From Candidatus Moraniibacteriota bacterium (GTDB lineage Bacteria > Patescibacteriota > Minisyncoccia > Moranbacterales > UBA11712), in NCBI GenBank assembly GCA_030679895.1, contig JAUXSN010000007.1, forward strand, positions 1 to 54,593: a stretch of 54,593 bases of DNA, read 5' to 3'. Numbering within the stretch: position 1 is the stretch's first letter; each line of letters opens with the position of its first letter. Shown piece after piece: positions 17,160-26,735 of the stretch. Both the position numbers and the translations under genes were made by a program. Below the pieces are notes generated by a model, which had not been told where the DNA came from, ran no database searches, and saw only the letters and a list, made by a program, of their open reading frames with translations.

Positions 17160-18863
17160 ATGATCTGCTATTTATTTTCAAAGCCTCTATATTTCATATT
17201 CTCCTCGGATGTACCGTCACTTCTATATTATTCACATATACCGACAGCTATAGTTGCAATCTTGATTGGTATTTTTGTCTTCTGGAAAGGCAAGCAATTA
17301 CTAATCAACCGGTTGTTATTTGCTATCTCCGCTTGTTTTTCTCTTTGGGTAATTTTAAATCTTATCTTATGGACAAATATTCATAGTGATCTTATGCTGT
17401 TTGTTTGGTCCTTTCTTCGGGTATTGTCCTCTCTCATATCAATCCTCAGCATATATTTCATTTATGTCTTTCTGGGGGGGAAAGACGTATCTTTCCGGCT
17501 TAAAATTATTTTTTTAATACTTACGGTTCCTATTATTATTTTATCTTCAACCTATATAAATCTGAGGGGATTCAATATTGCAAGTTGTGATGCGTTTATG
17601 TTCGAAGGACCCTTGTTTCAGTTCTCCCGTGTCTTTTTTGGAGTATTGGCAATGATTTGGATATTTGTTCTGCTTATTCGCAAATACCGCACAGCAGAAG
17701 TTAATTTCAGAAAACAAATATTACTCATGGGAGTAGGGATGGAGTTGTTTCTCTTTTCTTTCTTTATGGTAACATTCTTAGCGGCATATCTTACTGATAT
17801 GGGCTTAGTGTCTGATTCGCGAATTGAGTTTTATGGACTGTTTGGCATGGATATATTTGTTGCTTTCTTGGCCTATCTCATTGTCCGCTACAAGACCTTC
17901 AATATCAAATTGATCGCGACCCAGGCTCTTGTCATCGCCCTTATTATTCTCATAGGCTCGCAGATCTTCTTCGCCCAGAGCCTTACTAATACAATCTTGA
18001 TAGGCGTCACTCTTATCATATCTCTGGCATTCGGCTACATGCTCGTAAGATCGGTAAATATGGAAGTCCAAAGAAAAGAAGAACTTGAAATTCTTTCTAC
18101 TAAGCTGGCGCAAGCGAATGATAAGTTGCATCAGCTCGACAAGACCAAATCGGAGTTTATTTCCATCGCTTCGCATCAGCTGCGGACGCCGTTGACGGCC
18201 ATCAAGGGCTTTGTGTCGCTTCTTTTGGAGGGAACCTACGGCCAGGTGCCGGAAACCCAAAAAGGCGCGCTGGAGAAAGTATATATTTCCAATGAAAGGC
18301 TGGTGCAATTGGTTGAGGACTTACTGAACATTTCCCGCATTGAGTCCGGGCGGATGGAATTTGATTTTCAGGAGGCGCAAATTGAGGATCTCATCACCGA
18401 AGCGGCGAATACGCTTGATCTTTCGGCGAAGAATAAGGGGCTATATCTCGAATGGAAAAAGCCGGAGAAAATATCCCCAAAAATCAAAATTGACATCACC
18501 AAGGTCAAAGAAGTTATTTCCAATATGATCGATAACTCGATCAAGTATACGCAAAAAGGCGGTGTCACTGTCCGGATGGAAAATGGCGTTTTTTTTGATC
18601 ACAACACAATGGAACGGAAAAATGTTTTGCGGGTGATCGTATCTGACACTGGAATCGGGATGGAGAAAGAGGATATTGAGAATATTTTCGATAAATTCGT
18701 GCGCGGAAAAGAAATCAGCCACTACCACACCGACGGAACGGGACTCGGAATGTTCATCGCCAAGAAAGTAACCGAGGCCCATCAAGGCAAAATCTGGGCC
18801 GAATCAGCTGGAAAGGGGAAAGGAAGCCGGTTTATTTTGGAATTGCCGGTGAATATCACGTAA
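17160..18863 (+). CDS. Multi-TM sensor histidine kinase
   Basis: Hydrophobic N-terminal half; H-box EFISIASHQLRTPL, N-box NMIDNSIKYT, DTGIG, GTGLGM, GKGSRF. Confidence 0.96.
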   Translation: MICYLFSKPLYFIFSSDVPSLLYYSHIPTAIVAILIGIFVFWKGKQLLINRLLFAISACFSLWVILNLILWTNIHSDLMLFVWSFLRVLSSLISILSIYFIYVFLGGKDVSFRLKIIFLILTVPIIILSSTYINLRGFNIASCDAFMFEGPLFQFSRVFFGVLAMIWIFVLLIRKYRTAEVNFRKQILLMGVGMELFLFSFFMVTFLAAYLTDMGLVSDSRIEFYGLFGMDIFVAFLAYLIVRYKTFNIKLIATQALVIALIILIGSQIFFAQSLTNTILIGVTLIISLAFGYMLVRSVNMEVQRKEELEILSTKLAQANDKLHQLDKTKSEFISIASHQLRTPLTAIKGFVSLLLEGTYGQVPETQKGALEKVYISNERLVQLVEDLLNISRIESGRMEFDFQEAQIEDLITEAANTLDLSAKNKGLYLEWKKPEKISPKIKIDITKVKEVISNMIDNSIKYTQKGGVTVRMENGVFFDHNTMERKNVLRVIVSDTGIGMEKEDIENIFDKFVRGKEISHYHTDGTGLGMFIAKKVTEAHQGKIWAESAGKGKGSRFILELPVNIT

Positions 18864-18935
18864 CACAAAACAAAGAGCATGGAATAATGTTTGCGCCGCG
18901 TTTTTTGTTCCATGTTACGTGTTCTGTGCTCTATG
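18861..18935. repeat. Degenerate heptamer-period inverted array
   Basis: Right arm TGTTCCA TGTTACG TGTTCTG TGCTCTA; left arm carries complementary AACA/AGCA units. Confidence 0.55.
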
Positions 18936-18996
18936 GAAAAATTGTCTTTTCGTGCCGATTGTGGTACGATTTTTTAGTAATAATTGATTAGAATTC

Positions 18997-20277
18997 ATGC
19001 AAAAAAATATGGAAAAAGTCTGCGTCATTGGTCTCGGATATGTCGGTTTCCCGCTGGCGGTTTTGTGTTCGGTGAAAGGCTACGAAGTTTATGGATTTGA
19101 CAAGGATGAAAAAAAACTCGCGAGAATTGAAAAGGGCGAAAATATCGTTGAGGAAAAATATCTCGGTGAACTGCTCCCGAAAGCGAAAATTAAGGTGATT
19201 CGCGACGAATCTCAAATGAAAGACTGCGATATTTTCATTATCGCCGTTCCAACGCCGGTCGATGAAAAATATTATCCGGATTTGAGTTATATTGTTTCTG
19301 CCTCCGAAACCGTGGCCAAAAACATGAAAAAAGGCTCCTTAGTCATCGTGGAATCAACAATCAATCCGGGTGTTTGCGAAGAATTCGTCCGCCCGGCCTT
19401 CGAAAAGGAAGGATTTGCCATCGGCCAAGACGTTTTTATTTCTCATTGCCCCGAGCGAATTAATCCGGGCGATCCAAGGTGGAACGTAACCAACATCCCG
19501 CGAGTGGTCGGCTCATTTGACGAGAAAGGACTCGAAAAAAGCGTGAAATTTTATGAAAGCATAATCGACGCGAAGATCATGCCGATGAAAACTATTCGAG
19601 AGGCGGAAGCGGTCAAAATAATGGAAAATTCCTTTCGCGACATCAATATTGCTTTTGTCAACGAGCTGGCGAGATCTTTCAATCTGATGGATATAGACGT
19701 GGTTAATGTCATCCGGGGCGCTTCAACCAAGCCTTTTGCATTTATGGCTCATTGGCCCAGTTGCGGCGTTGGGGGACATTGCATTCCGGTCGATCCTTAT
19801 TATCTGATCGAAAAAGCCAAGGAAAATGATTTCGACCATCAGTTTTTGCGAGTGGCTCGCGCCATCAACAACGGAATGCCATTGTATAGCGTTGAACTTT
19901 TGCAAGATGAGCTCAATAGTCTGGGCAAATCATTGAAAGGCGCCAAAATTGGCCTTCTGGGAGTTTCTTATAAGGCCAATGTCGGCGATCTGCGCGAAAG
20001 TCCGGCCCTCAAGATCATCGAGCTTTTGGAAAAGCATGGCGCGGTTCTCAATATTTACGATCCGTTTATTCCGAAACTTTCGAACGTCAGCAGTGTTGAA
20101 GAAATTTTGGAAAAATCAGAGGCTATCTTTCTTGCCACAAGTCACAATGAATTTGTGAAAATTCCCGCGGAAAAATTTAGGGAAAAGGGGATCGGCTTGA
20201 TTGTGGACGGGATGAACTGCCTGGATAAAGACAAAATACTGGCACTGGGGATAAAGTATAAGGGAATAGGCCGCTAG
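18997..20277 (+). CDS. UDP-N-acetylhexosamine 6-dehydrogenase (WecC/WbpA family)
   Basis: VIGLGYVG, AVPTP, ESTINPG, PERINPG, KIMENSFR, GGHCIPVDP, SYKANVGDLRESP. Confidence 0.93.
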   Translation: MQKNMEKVCVIGLGYVGFPLAVLCSVKGYEVYGFDKDEKKLARIEKGENIVEEKYLGELLPKAKIKVIRDESQMKDCDIFIIAVPTPVDEKYYPDLSYIVSASETVAKNMKKGSLVIVESTINPGVCEEFVRPAFEKEGFAIGQDVFISHCPERINPGDPRWNVTNIPRVVGSFDEKGLEKSVKFYESIIDAKIMPMKTIREAEAVKIMENSFRDINIAFVNELARSFNLMDIDVVNVIRGASTKPFAFMAHWPSCGVGGHCIPVDPYYLIEKAKENDFDHQFLRVARAINNGMPLYSVELLQDELNSLGKSLKGAKIGLLGVSYKANVGDLRESPALKIIELLEKHGAVLNIYDPFIPKLSNVSSVEEILEKSEAIFLATSHNEFVKIPAEKFREKGIGLIVDGMNCLDKDKILALGIKYKGIGR

Positions 20278-20283
20278 GAGCGG

Positions 20284-20380
20284 AATTTCCAATTTCAAAT
20301 TTCCAATTTCAAAACAAATCCCAATTTTCAAAATTCTAATTTTATAAACTTTTTTGAATTTTGGTTATTTGAGCTTTGAT
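20284..20380. repeat. Heptamer-period array (AATTTCM x4) with degenerate complementary arm
   Basis: AATTTCC AATTTCA AATTTCC AATTTCA at 20284-20311. Confidence 0.7.
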
Positions 20381-20468
20381 ATTATTTCGGATTTTTGTCG
20401 CATCCCGAAGTTTGTTTTTTTGTTTTTTAGCATGTATAATAACGACATAAATCAATTAAAGTAAAGTT

Positions 20469-21296
20469 ATGGCGAAAATAATGATCGTCGAGGATGATCC
20501 GATGCTGGTTGAAATATACGAAAAAAAGCTCTTGGACACGGGATTTGAAATCAAAATCGTGACGAGCGGCAAAGCGGTAAAAGATGAAGCCCTTTTATGG
20601 CATCCTGATCTAATTCTCCTGGACGTTGTTTTGCCGGATATGGACGGATTTGAAATCCTTGAAGCCGTCAAAAAAGAAAATGAGATCAAAAGCATTCCGG
20701 TATATGTATTCAGCAACTTAAGCGCCAAAGAAGATATTGACCGGGCCACAAGTTTAGGCGCGGCGGGTTTTTTGACAAAATCGAATTTTACCCCTTCCCA
20801 GCTGGCGGAAGAAGTAAAAAAACTGGTCGGCGACCAATCCTCATCTTCCATTACCTCTCCACCGGAACCATCCCAGTCAGCTTCTCCGACCGAAGAATTT
20901 CCGCTTAAAAAAGAAACTGGCGGACACAAAGTTCTGATAATCGAAGATGAAGATATTTTTATTGAAATGTTCGGGGACAAACTAAAACAGGAAGGTTTTG
21001 AAGTTGTCGCGGCTAAAAATGGAAAATGGGGAATCAAGGAAGCGGAAAAGGGTCTTTTTGACTGCGTACTTCTTGATATGATGATGCCGGCCATGAACGG
21101 CTACGAGGCGATAAAGGAACTTCGGGCAAATGAAGCGACAAAAAATACTCCGGTTATCATTTTGTCCAACTCGGCAATGGATAGCGAAGTGAAACAAGCG
21201 CTTGACCTGGGAGCCGACGCGTACTATGTGAAAACGCAAATCACTCCCGGCGAAGTGGTCAAGAAAGTGAAGGAACTTATTGGAAATAAAAAATAG
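20469..21296 (+). CDS. Response regulator with two receiver domains and no output domain
   Basis: IVEDD...LLDVVLPDMDG and IIEDE...LLDMMMPAMNG joined by an S/P-rich linker. Confidence 0.93.
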   Translation: MAKIMIVEDDPMLVEIYEKKLLDTGFEIKIVTSGKAVKDEALLWHPDLILLDVVLPDMDGFEILEAVKKENEIKSIPVYVFSNLSAKEDIDRATSLGAAGFLTKSNFTPSQLAEEVKKLVGDQSSSSITSPPEPSQSASPTEEFPLKKETGGHKVLIIEDEDIFIEMFGDKLKQEGFEVVAAKNGKWGIKEAEKGLFDCVLLDMMMPAMNGYEAIKELRANEATKNTPVIILSNSAMDSEVKQALDLGADAYYVKTQITPGEVVKKVKELIGNKK

Positions 21297-21316
21297 ATCC
21301 CTCGATTTTCTGGTAA

Positions 21317-22531
21317 ATGAAAATAAAACACACAGAAAAACTAAATTTACCCCTTCTGAAAATCCTATCCTTTTGTTCCTTTCTTCTCGGAATTTCTTCG
21401 GCTCTCATTCTTTATCTTGAGTCGGATTATTTCAGGATTGCCCTTGGAAGCGACAATATCACTTTCTACTTCATCGCCGGATATGTTTTGGCGCTGATTC
21501 TCATATTTAACTGGCACCACCTTGTGAGGCGCTTCGGAAAAGTGAGGGTTTTTCTTGTGAACATCACCGCGAAAGCCGTCATCGTTTCGCTTATCGGCCT
21601 TTTTCCGATAAATCAGGCAAGCGCCTGGCTCCTTGTGCTTTATATAGCCTCAACGGTGCTAATGTGGGTTGATCTCGATGTTCTTCTTGAGTCTTGCTCA
21701 AGAGACGTGAAAACTGGGAAAATCCGGGGGGCTTACCTCACTATCATGAACGCGGGATATCTCATCTCGCCTTTTTTCGCGGGTCTCATCATCAGCCGGT
21801 GGGGGATGAATTCCGTTTTTTTGATTGCCGCGACTATTTTGGTTATCGTTTCCGTCATCGCCCTTTTCCGCCTCAAGCGGATTCCGGAATGCGACATCGA
21901 GGATTTGAGCTTCTTTTCTCTCATGAAAAAAGTTTTCCAACGAAAGAATGTCATGCGCGTATATTATATCTCTTTCCTTCTGGAGCTTTTTTACGCCCTT
22001 ATGATCATCTATACGCCGCTTTATCTTCTGGAACTCGGTTTTTCCTGGAGCGAAATCGGCGGAATGTTCACAATAATGCTCATTCCTTTCGTCATCTTGC
22101 AGTATCCGGCCGGAATTTTGGCCGACAAAAAATTTGAGGAGAAAAACATGATTGTTTTTGCGCTTCTTCTCATGGCGGCGTCCACAACTGTAATATTTTT
22201 CTTGTCTTCCAAGGACTTCGCGATTTGGGCGGCTGCCCTTTTCGCGACCCGCATCGGAGCGAGCCTTATTGAGATTCTTCGCGATTCGTATTTCTATAAG
22301 CGCATCGACCACACAGACGTCGACATTGTTGATTTTTTCCGGAGCGTCCGCCCGATGGCTTATATCCTCGGGCTCCTCATCGCCACTCCGATTGTCTATA
22401 TGTTCCATATCCGTTTTATCTTCCCGTTTGTAGGTGTGATGATGCTCACCGGCGTGCCTTTCGCGCTGAAGCTCGCCTCAAGCCGCATTCCACCCGTCTA
22501 CGGCCAGCTTTCCGGAAAAATAAAGAGATAA
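21317..22531 (+). CDS. MFS transporter
   Basis: About 12 TM helices; G.LADK.. loop motif. Confidence 0.88.
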   Translation: MKIKHTEKLNLPLLKILSFCSFLLGISSALILYLESDYFRIALGSDNITFYFIAGYVLALILIFNWHHLVRRFGKVRVFLVNITAKAVIVSLIGLFPINQASAWLLVLYIASTVLMWVDLDVLLESCSRDVKTGKIRGAYLTIMNAGYLISPFFAGLIISRWGMNSVFLIAATILVIVSVIALFRLKRIPECDIEDLSFFSLMKKVFQRKNVMRVYYISFLLELFYALMIIYTPLYLLELGFSWSEIGGMFTIMLIPFVILQYPAGILADKKFEEKNMIVFALLLMAASTTVIFFLSSKDFAIWAAALFATRIGASLIEILRDSYFYKRIDHTDVDIVDFFRSVRPMAYILGLLIATPIVYMFHIRFIFPFVGVMMLTGVPFALKLASSRIPPVYGQLSGKIKR

Positions 22532-22628
22532 TTTTTTTGATTCCGATCCCAAGCCTTAGCTTCGGATTTTTTATTTCCAATAACCGGAAAAAATGCTATT
22601 ATAAATACATAAGCGCTAAAAAAAACAT

Positions 22629-23141
22629 ATGGCCATTTCCAAAAAAATCATCGATCATCTCAAGGAAAAAAAGTATAAATTCGAGATAATCGAGCACAAA
22701 ACCACCTATACCGCCTTTGACACGGCGCGGACAGCCCAAAAGCAGGAAAAGGAAGTGAAGTCCGACGAAATTGCGAAAGCGCTGGTCGTGAAAGCGGACA
22801 AAGACTACGCGGTAGTCCTGGTTCCGGCCAGCAAAAGACTCGACAAAAAGAAGCTGCTGAAAATTATAAATGCGCTGAAAAAGAAGAATAAAGAAAAATT
22901 ATATAAATCCCTCGACCTCGCCAAGGAAGCATGGATGAAGAAAAATATTCCCGGAAAAGTGGGCGCCACTCCCGCGTTCAAAGAGCTTCTCGGGATTGAT
23001 ATTTATATCGATGCGGTTCTGGCCAAGCAAAAAAACCTCTACGTCGGCTCGGGCGAATACGAATACTCTATCAAACTTCCGGCCAAGCAATATCTCAAAA
23101 ATGAAATGCCGGTGAAGGGAAGCTTTGGGGTGAAAAGGTGA
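22629..23141 (+). CDS. YbaK/ProX-family trans-editing domain protein
   Basis: IEH...YTA..TA, IAKALVVK (conserved Lys), VLVPA, GATPAF, YID, GSG. Confidence 0.85.
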   Translation: MAISKKIIDHLKEKKYKFEIIEHKTTYTAFDTARTAQKQEKEVKSDEIAKALVVKADKDYAVVLVPASKRLDKKKLLKIINALKKKNKEKLYKSLDLAKEAWMKKNIPGKVGATPAFKELLGIDIYIDAVLAKQKNLYVGSGEYEYSIKLPAKQYLKNEMPVKGSFGVKR

Positions 23142-23148
23142 ATTTTCT

Positions 23149-23895
23149 ATGTATAACGTAAAATTATTAAAATTCGAAGGCCCGTTGGATTTGCTTTTGC
23201 GCCTCATAGAGGAGCAAAAACTCGACATTGCGGAAGTGAGCCTGGCAAAAGTAGCCGATGGCTATCTTGAATATGTCCGCAGCGACCAGAATATTTCCCT
23301 TGAAAATCTTTCCGAGTTTATCAGCATCGCCGCGAAAATAATTCTCATTAAGTCCCGCAATATTCTTCCGACGCTTGAGGTCACGCCCGAAGAGGAAAAA
23401 GAAATCAAGGATCTGGAGGAGCAGCTCAAGCTCTATCGGGAATATAAGGACATTTCCGAAAAAATAGGCTCGCTTCTCCGGAAAAATAAGTTCGCCTATT
23501 CGCGGGACTATTTGCTGGGAATCGCAAATGTTTTTTCTCCCCCTAAGAATGTAAATTTGTTTGATCTCAAGAAGTGCTATAATGAAGCTATAGCGCAAAT
23601 AATTCTTCCCGAGAAAATTCCCGAAGAGGCCGTGAGAGATATTTTTACGCTTGAAGACAAAATCAGCGAATTTCAAAAAACACTGCGGGAGAGAATTGAG
23701 TTCAGTTTTTCGGATATGAAAGCGTCGGCCAAAGATAAAATCGAAATAATTGTCAGCTTTTTGGCTCTTCTTGAGATGATCAAGCAAAGAATAATAACAG
23801 CCGAACAGCACGAATTATTCGAAGATATAAGGATATCCAAGTTTGGCTCGCACGAAAATCAGGTTCGGGCGTCAGAAGTTCAAATGTTTACTTAA
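23149..23895 (+). CDS. scpA: Segregation and condensation protein A
   Basis: FEGPLDLLL.LI, ILIKSR.ILP, FLALLEMIK, Q.ELFEDI. Confidence 0.95.
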   Translation: MYNVKLLKFEGPLDLLLRLIEEQKLDIAEVSLAKVADGYLEYVRSDQNISLENLSEFISIAAKIILIKSRNILPTLEVTPEEEKEIKDLEEQLKLYREYKDISEKIGSLLRKNKFAYSRDYLLGIANVFSPPKNVNLFDLKKCYNEAIAQIILPEKIPEEAVRDIFTLEDKISEFQKTLRERIEFSFSDMKASAKDKIEIIVSFLALLEMIKQRIITAEQHELFEDIRISKFGSHENQVRASEVQMFT

Positions 23896-23923
23896 ATAAT
23901 TTATTTTTTTCCAAACTATCGCT

Positions 23924-24502
23924 ATGGAGCCAAAGAAACTGAAATCTATCCTGGAAAGCCTTCTTTTTATCTCCGGCGAGCCGATCCGGACTTCCCGCCT
24001 TGCAAAAATCTGCGATATTCCCAAGAATGATATGGAAGCGGCCCTCGGGGAGCTGGAACAGGATTTCAAACGCGAGGAGAGAGGATTAATGATAATTTTC
24101 AAGGAAGATCTTGTCCAATTGGCCACTGATCCTCAAAATCAGGAATTTGTGAATCAGCTGGTTAGCGGCGAACTGGGATCCGACCTGTCGCGCTCGTCTC
24201 TCGAAACCCTTTCTATTGTTGCCTATCGCGGTCCCATTTCCCGAGTTCAAATTGAAGTTATCCGGGGCGTAAACTGCAGCTATGTCTTGCGAAGCCTGCT
24301 TTTGAGGGGCCTGGTCGAAAGAAAAGAAGAATCCGACGTGAGAGGATATTTATATGAAATATCATTTAATTTTTTGAAAAATCTGGGAATTGGAAATGTG
24401 AAGGATCTTCCGGAGTGGGAGAAACTGTCAAAAAACGAAAAGGTGGCCGAGCTTCTTAAAACAAACCTCCAGGAACCGGAAGAAAATGCGCCTCCGTCGT
24501 AA
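23924..24502 (+). CDS. scpB: Segregation and condensation protein B
   Basis: LESLLFISGEP, LS..SLETLSIVAYRGPISR..IE.IRGVN, DLP. Confidence 0.96.
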   Translation: MEPKKLKSILESLLFISGEPIRTSRLAKICDIPKNDMEAALGELEQDFKREERGLMIIFKEDLVQLATDPQNQEFVNQLVSGELGSDLSRSSLETLSIVAYRGPISRVQIEVIRGVNCSYVLRSLLLRGLVERKEESDVRGYLYEISFNFLKNLGIGNVKDLPEWEKLSKNEKVAELLKTNLQEPEENAPPS

Positions 24503-24532
24503 GCGTAAAAAGAAGATCATAAAAATCATTTC

Positions 24533-25558
24533 ATGAATACTATAGCCGGCGTAATCTTAATCCTCTTTTTTCCCGCTCAATATTATTTGTACGGTTTTTT
24601 CACGGCGCCTGAAAACTTCAATCGATCACCCGCCGCCCAAGTCGAAGGCGCAACCTCGGAAAAATACAAATCTTCGAGTGAAAAAAGCCTCAAAGGCAGA
24701 CTCTCCAACCAAAAAAATGAAAATAGCAATTATGGAGGCTCGGGACTAATTCCCGAGAGAAAGAAGGATTATTACAATACAAAAATTTTCGCCGGATCAT
24801 CAGTAGTTATCGACGTCGATTCCGGCACTATTTTGCATTACGACAACGGGAGGGGAAAAATACCCATCGCTTCCCTGACTAAAATAATGACAGCCGTTCT
24901 GGTCTTAGAAAACGTGAAGAACCTGGACGAACCGGTGACTGTTGATGAAGAAGCCCTATCGGCTGACGGAACTAAAGTTGGCTGTCCCCAGACGGGATAT
25001 TGCGTGGATGAAAGGCTTCATATCGGCGAGAAAGTCACTGTCGGCGATCTTTTGATGGCTATGCTCCTTGACAGCGCCAATGACGCCGCTATCGCTCTTG
25101 GCAAGTATATCGCCGGTTCGCAAAAAGATTTTGCCGGCCTTATGAACGACAAAGCTAAAGATTTGAGCCTCATGGATTCTCATTTCTGCAATCCGTCCGG
25201 GCTTGACGAGGATGATTGTTATTCATCCGCCTACGATATTGCCCGCATTGCCGCCTATTCAATGCAATATGAAAAGATCTGGAAGATAATGAAAACTCCG
25301 GAAATTGAAATCAGTTCAACCGACGGAAAATACACCCATAAACTCAAAAATACGGATCTTCTCCTTGACCAAATCCCGAATTGCCTGGGCGGAAAAACGG
25401 GTTTTACGTATAATGCCGGAAAATCCCTGATGATGGCGGCCGCGGATCCTTCCGGCGAACGCCATAAGATAATCGCCGTGATACTAAACGACAACGAACG
25501 CTGGGCGGATATGAAAAAGCTGATAGACTGGACTTTTGAAAATTATAATTGGAAATAA
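24533..25558 (+). CDS. D-alanyl-D-alanine carboxypeptidase (peptidase S11)
   Basis: IASLTK (SxxK), SAN, GKTG; N-terminal hydrophobic anchor. Confidence 0.93.
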   Translation: MNTIAGVILILFFPAQYYLYGFFTAPENFNRSPAAQVEGATSEKYKSSSEKSLKGRLSNQKNENSNYGGSGLIPERKKDYYNTKIFAGSSVVIDVDSGTILHYDNGRGKIPIASLTKIMTAVLVLENVKNLDEPVTVDEEALSADGTKVGCPQTGYCVDERLHIGEKVTVGDLLMAMLLDSANDAAIALGKYIAGSQKDFAGLMNDKAKDLSLMDSHFCNPSGLDEDDCYSSAYDIARIAAYSMQYEKIWKIMKTPEIEISSTDGKYTHKLKNTDLLLDQIPNCLGGKTGFTYNAGKSLMMAAADPSGERHKIIAVILNDNERWADMKKLIDWTFENYNWK

Positions 25559-25559
25559 T

Positions 25560-26648
25560 ATGCATTTTGCCGACATTACAACTATTCCCGCCGCGATGGC
25601 AGTTTTCAAGATTTGGATCTTGGGCACCTTTGCTTTTGTTTTGGCTATGGCCTGGACGCCGATTCTGACTCATTTTCTCTACAAATACAAAATCGGCATA
25701 AAGATCAAGGAAAATTCCGTTGACGGCCGAAAGGCTCCCATTTATCACGGCCTGCATAAGGATAAAAGCGGAACACCTTCGATGGGGGGGGCTTTAATTT
25801 GGGCGACTGTCCTTTTTTTAGCCGTATTTGCTCACTTTTTCACCCCTTTTTTTGATGCGAAAATAATCACCCGGCTCGATTTTTTGAGCCGTTCCCAAAC
25901 CTGGCTGCCTCTTTTTGCCCTCGTTTCCGCCGCCATTCTCGGTGCTTTTGACGATATCTTCAGCGCGAAAGGCTGGGGATCAAATAAAGGGGGCGGGATC
26001 CGGTTTCTTTTCCGTTTTGGGTGGCTATTTCTCATCGCTATTCTGGGAGCTCTTTGGTTTTATTTCAAGCTTGATTTTCACGCTATTCACATACCGGGAG
26101 TGGGCGACCTTGCGATAGGCTGGTGGTATATCCCTTTCTTCGTTTTTGTGGTGCTGGCCACGGCTTTTTCTTCCAATGAAACCGACGGCCTCGACGGCCT
26201 AAACGGCGGGATACTTTTGATCGCTTTCGCGGCCTTCGGAGCAATAGCTTTCACTCAAAGCAAGATTGATCTCGCGGCTTTTTGCGCCGTTATTTGCGGT
26301 TCACTTCTCGCTTTTCTTTGGTTTAATATATACCCCGCCCGTTTTTTTATGGGCGATACGGGATCGATCTCGCTTGGGGCAACCCTGGCTGTTGTCGCTA
26401 TGCTCACTAACTCTGTTTTGGTTTTGCCGATAATTTGCCTCGTCTATGTTATTGAATCTTTATCAGTGATAGTCCAGCTGACATCCAAAAAATTATTTGG
26501 ACGCAAGATTTTTTTGTCCACGCCGATTCACCATCATTTCGAAGCTAAAGGCTGGCCGGAGACTAAAATAACCATGCGGGCCTGGATCCTGACCGGCGTT
26601 ACGGCGGGAATCGGACTCATAATCGGAATATTAGGAATGGGAAAATGA
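25560..26648 (+). CDS. mraY: Phospho-N-acetylmuramoyl-pentapeptide transferase
   Basis: K.GTPSMGG, GAFDD, NETDGLDGL, PARFFMGDTGS, PIHHHFE; ATG at 25560. Confidence 0.96.
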   Translation: MHFADITTIPAAMAVFKIWILGTFAFVLAMAWTPILTHFLYKYKIGIKIKENSVDGRKAPIYHGLHKDKSGTPSMGGALIWATVLFLAVFAHFFTPFFDAKIITRLDFLSRSQTWLPLFALVSAAILGAFDDIFSAKGWGSNKGGGIRFLFRFGWLFLIAILGALWFYFKLDFHAIHIPGVGDLAIGWWYIPFFVFVVLATAFSSNETDGLDGLNGGILLIAFAAFGAIAFTQSKIDLAAFCAVICGSLLAFLWFNIYPARFFMGDTGSISLGATLAVVAMLTNSVLVLPIICLVYVIESLSVIVQLTSKKLFGRKIFLSTPIHHHFEAKGWPETKITMRAWILTGVTAGIGLIIGILGMGK

Positions 26649-26729
26649 TCGCCAGTGAACAACAATCAATGAACAATAATCGATCGATAATTTAAAAATA
26701 AAAATACTGATCACTGATCGCTGATCGCT
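26645..26729. repeat. Heptamer-period inverted array
   Basis: Right arm ACTGATC ACTGATC GCTGATC (26706-26726); left arm AGTGAAC AACAATC AATGAAC AATAATC. Confidence 0.6.
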
Positions 26730-26735
26730 AAAAAA

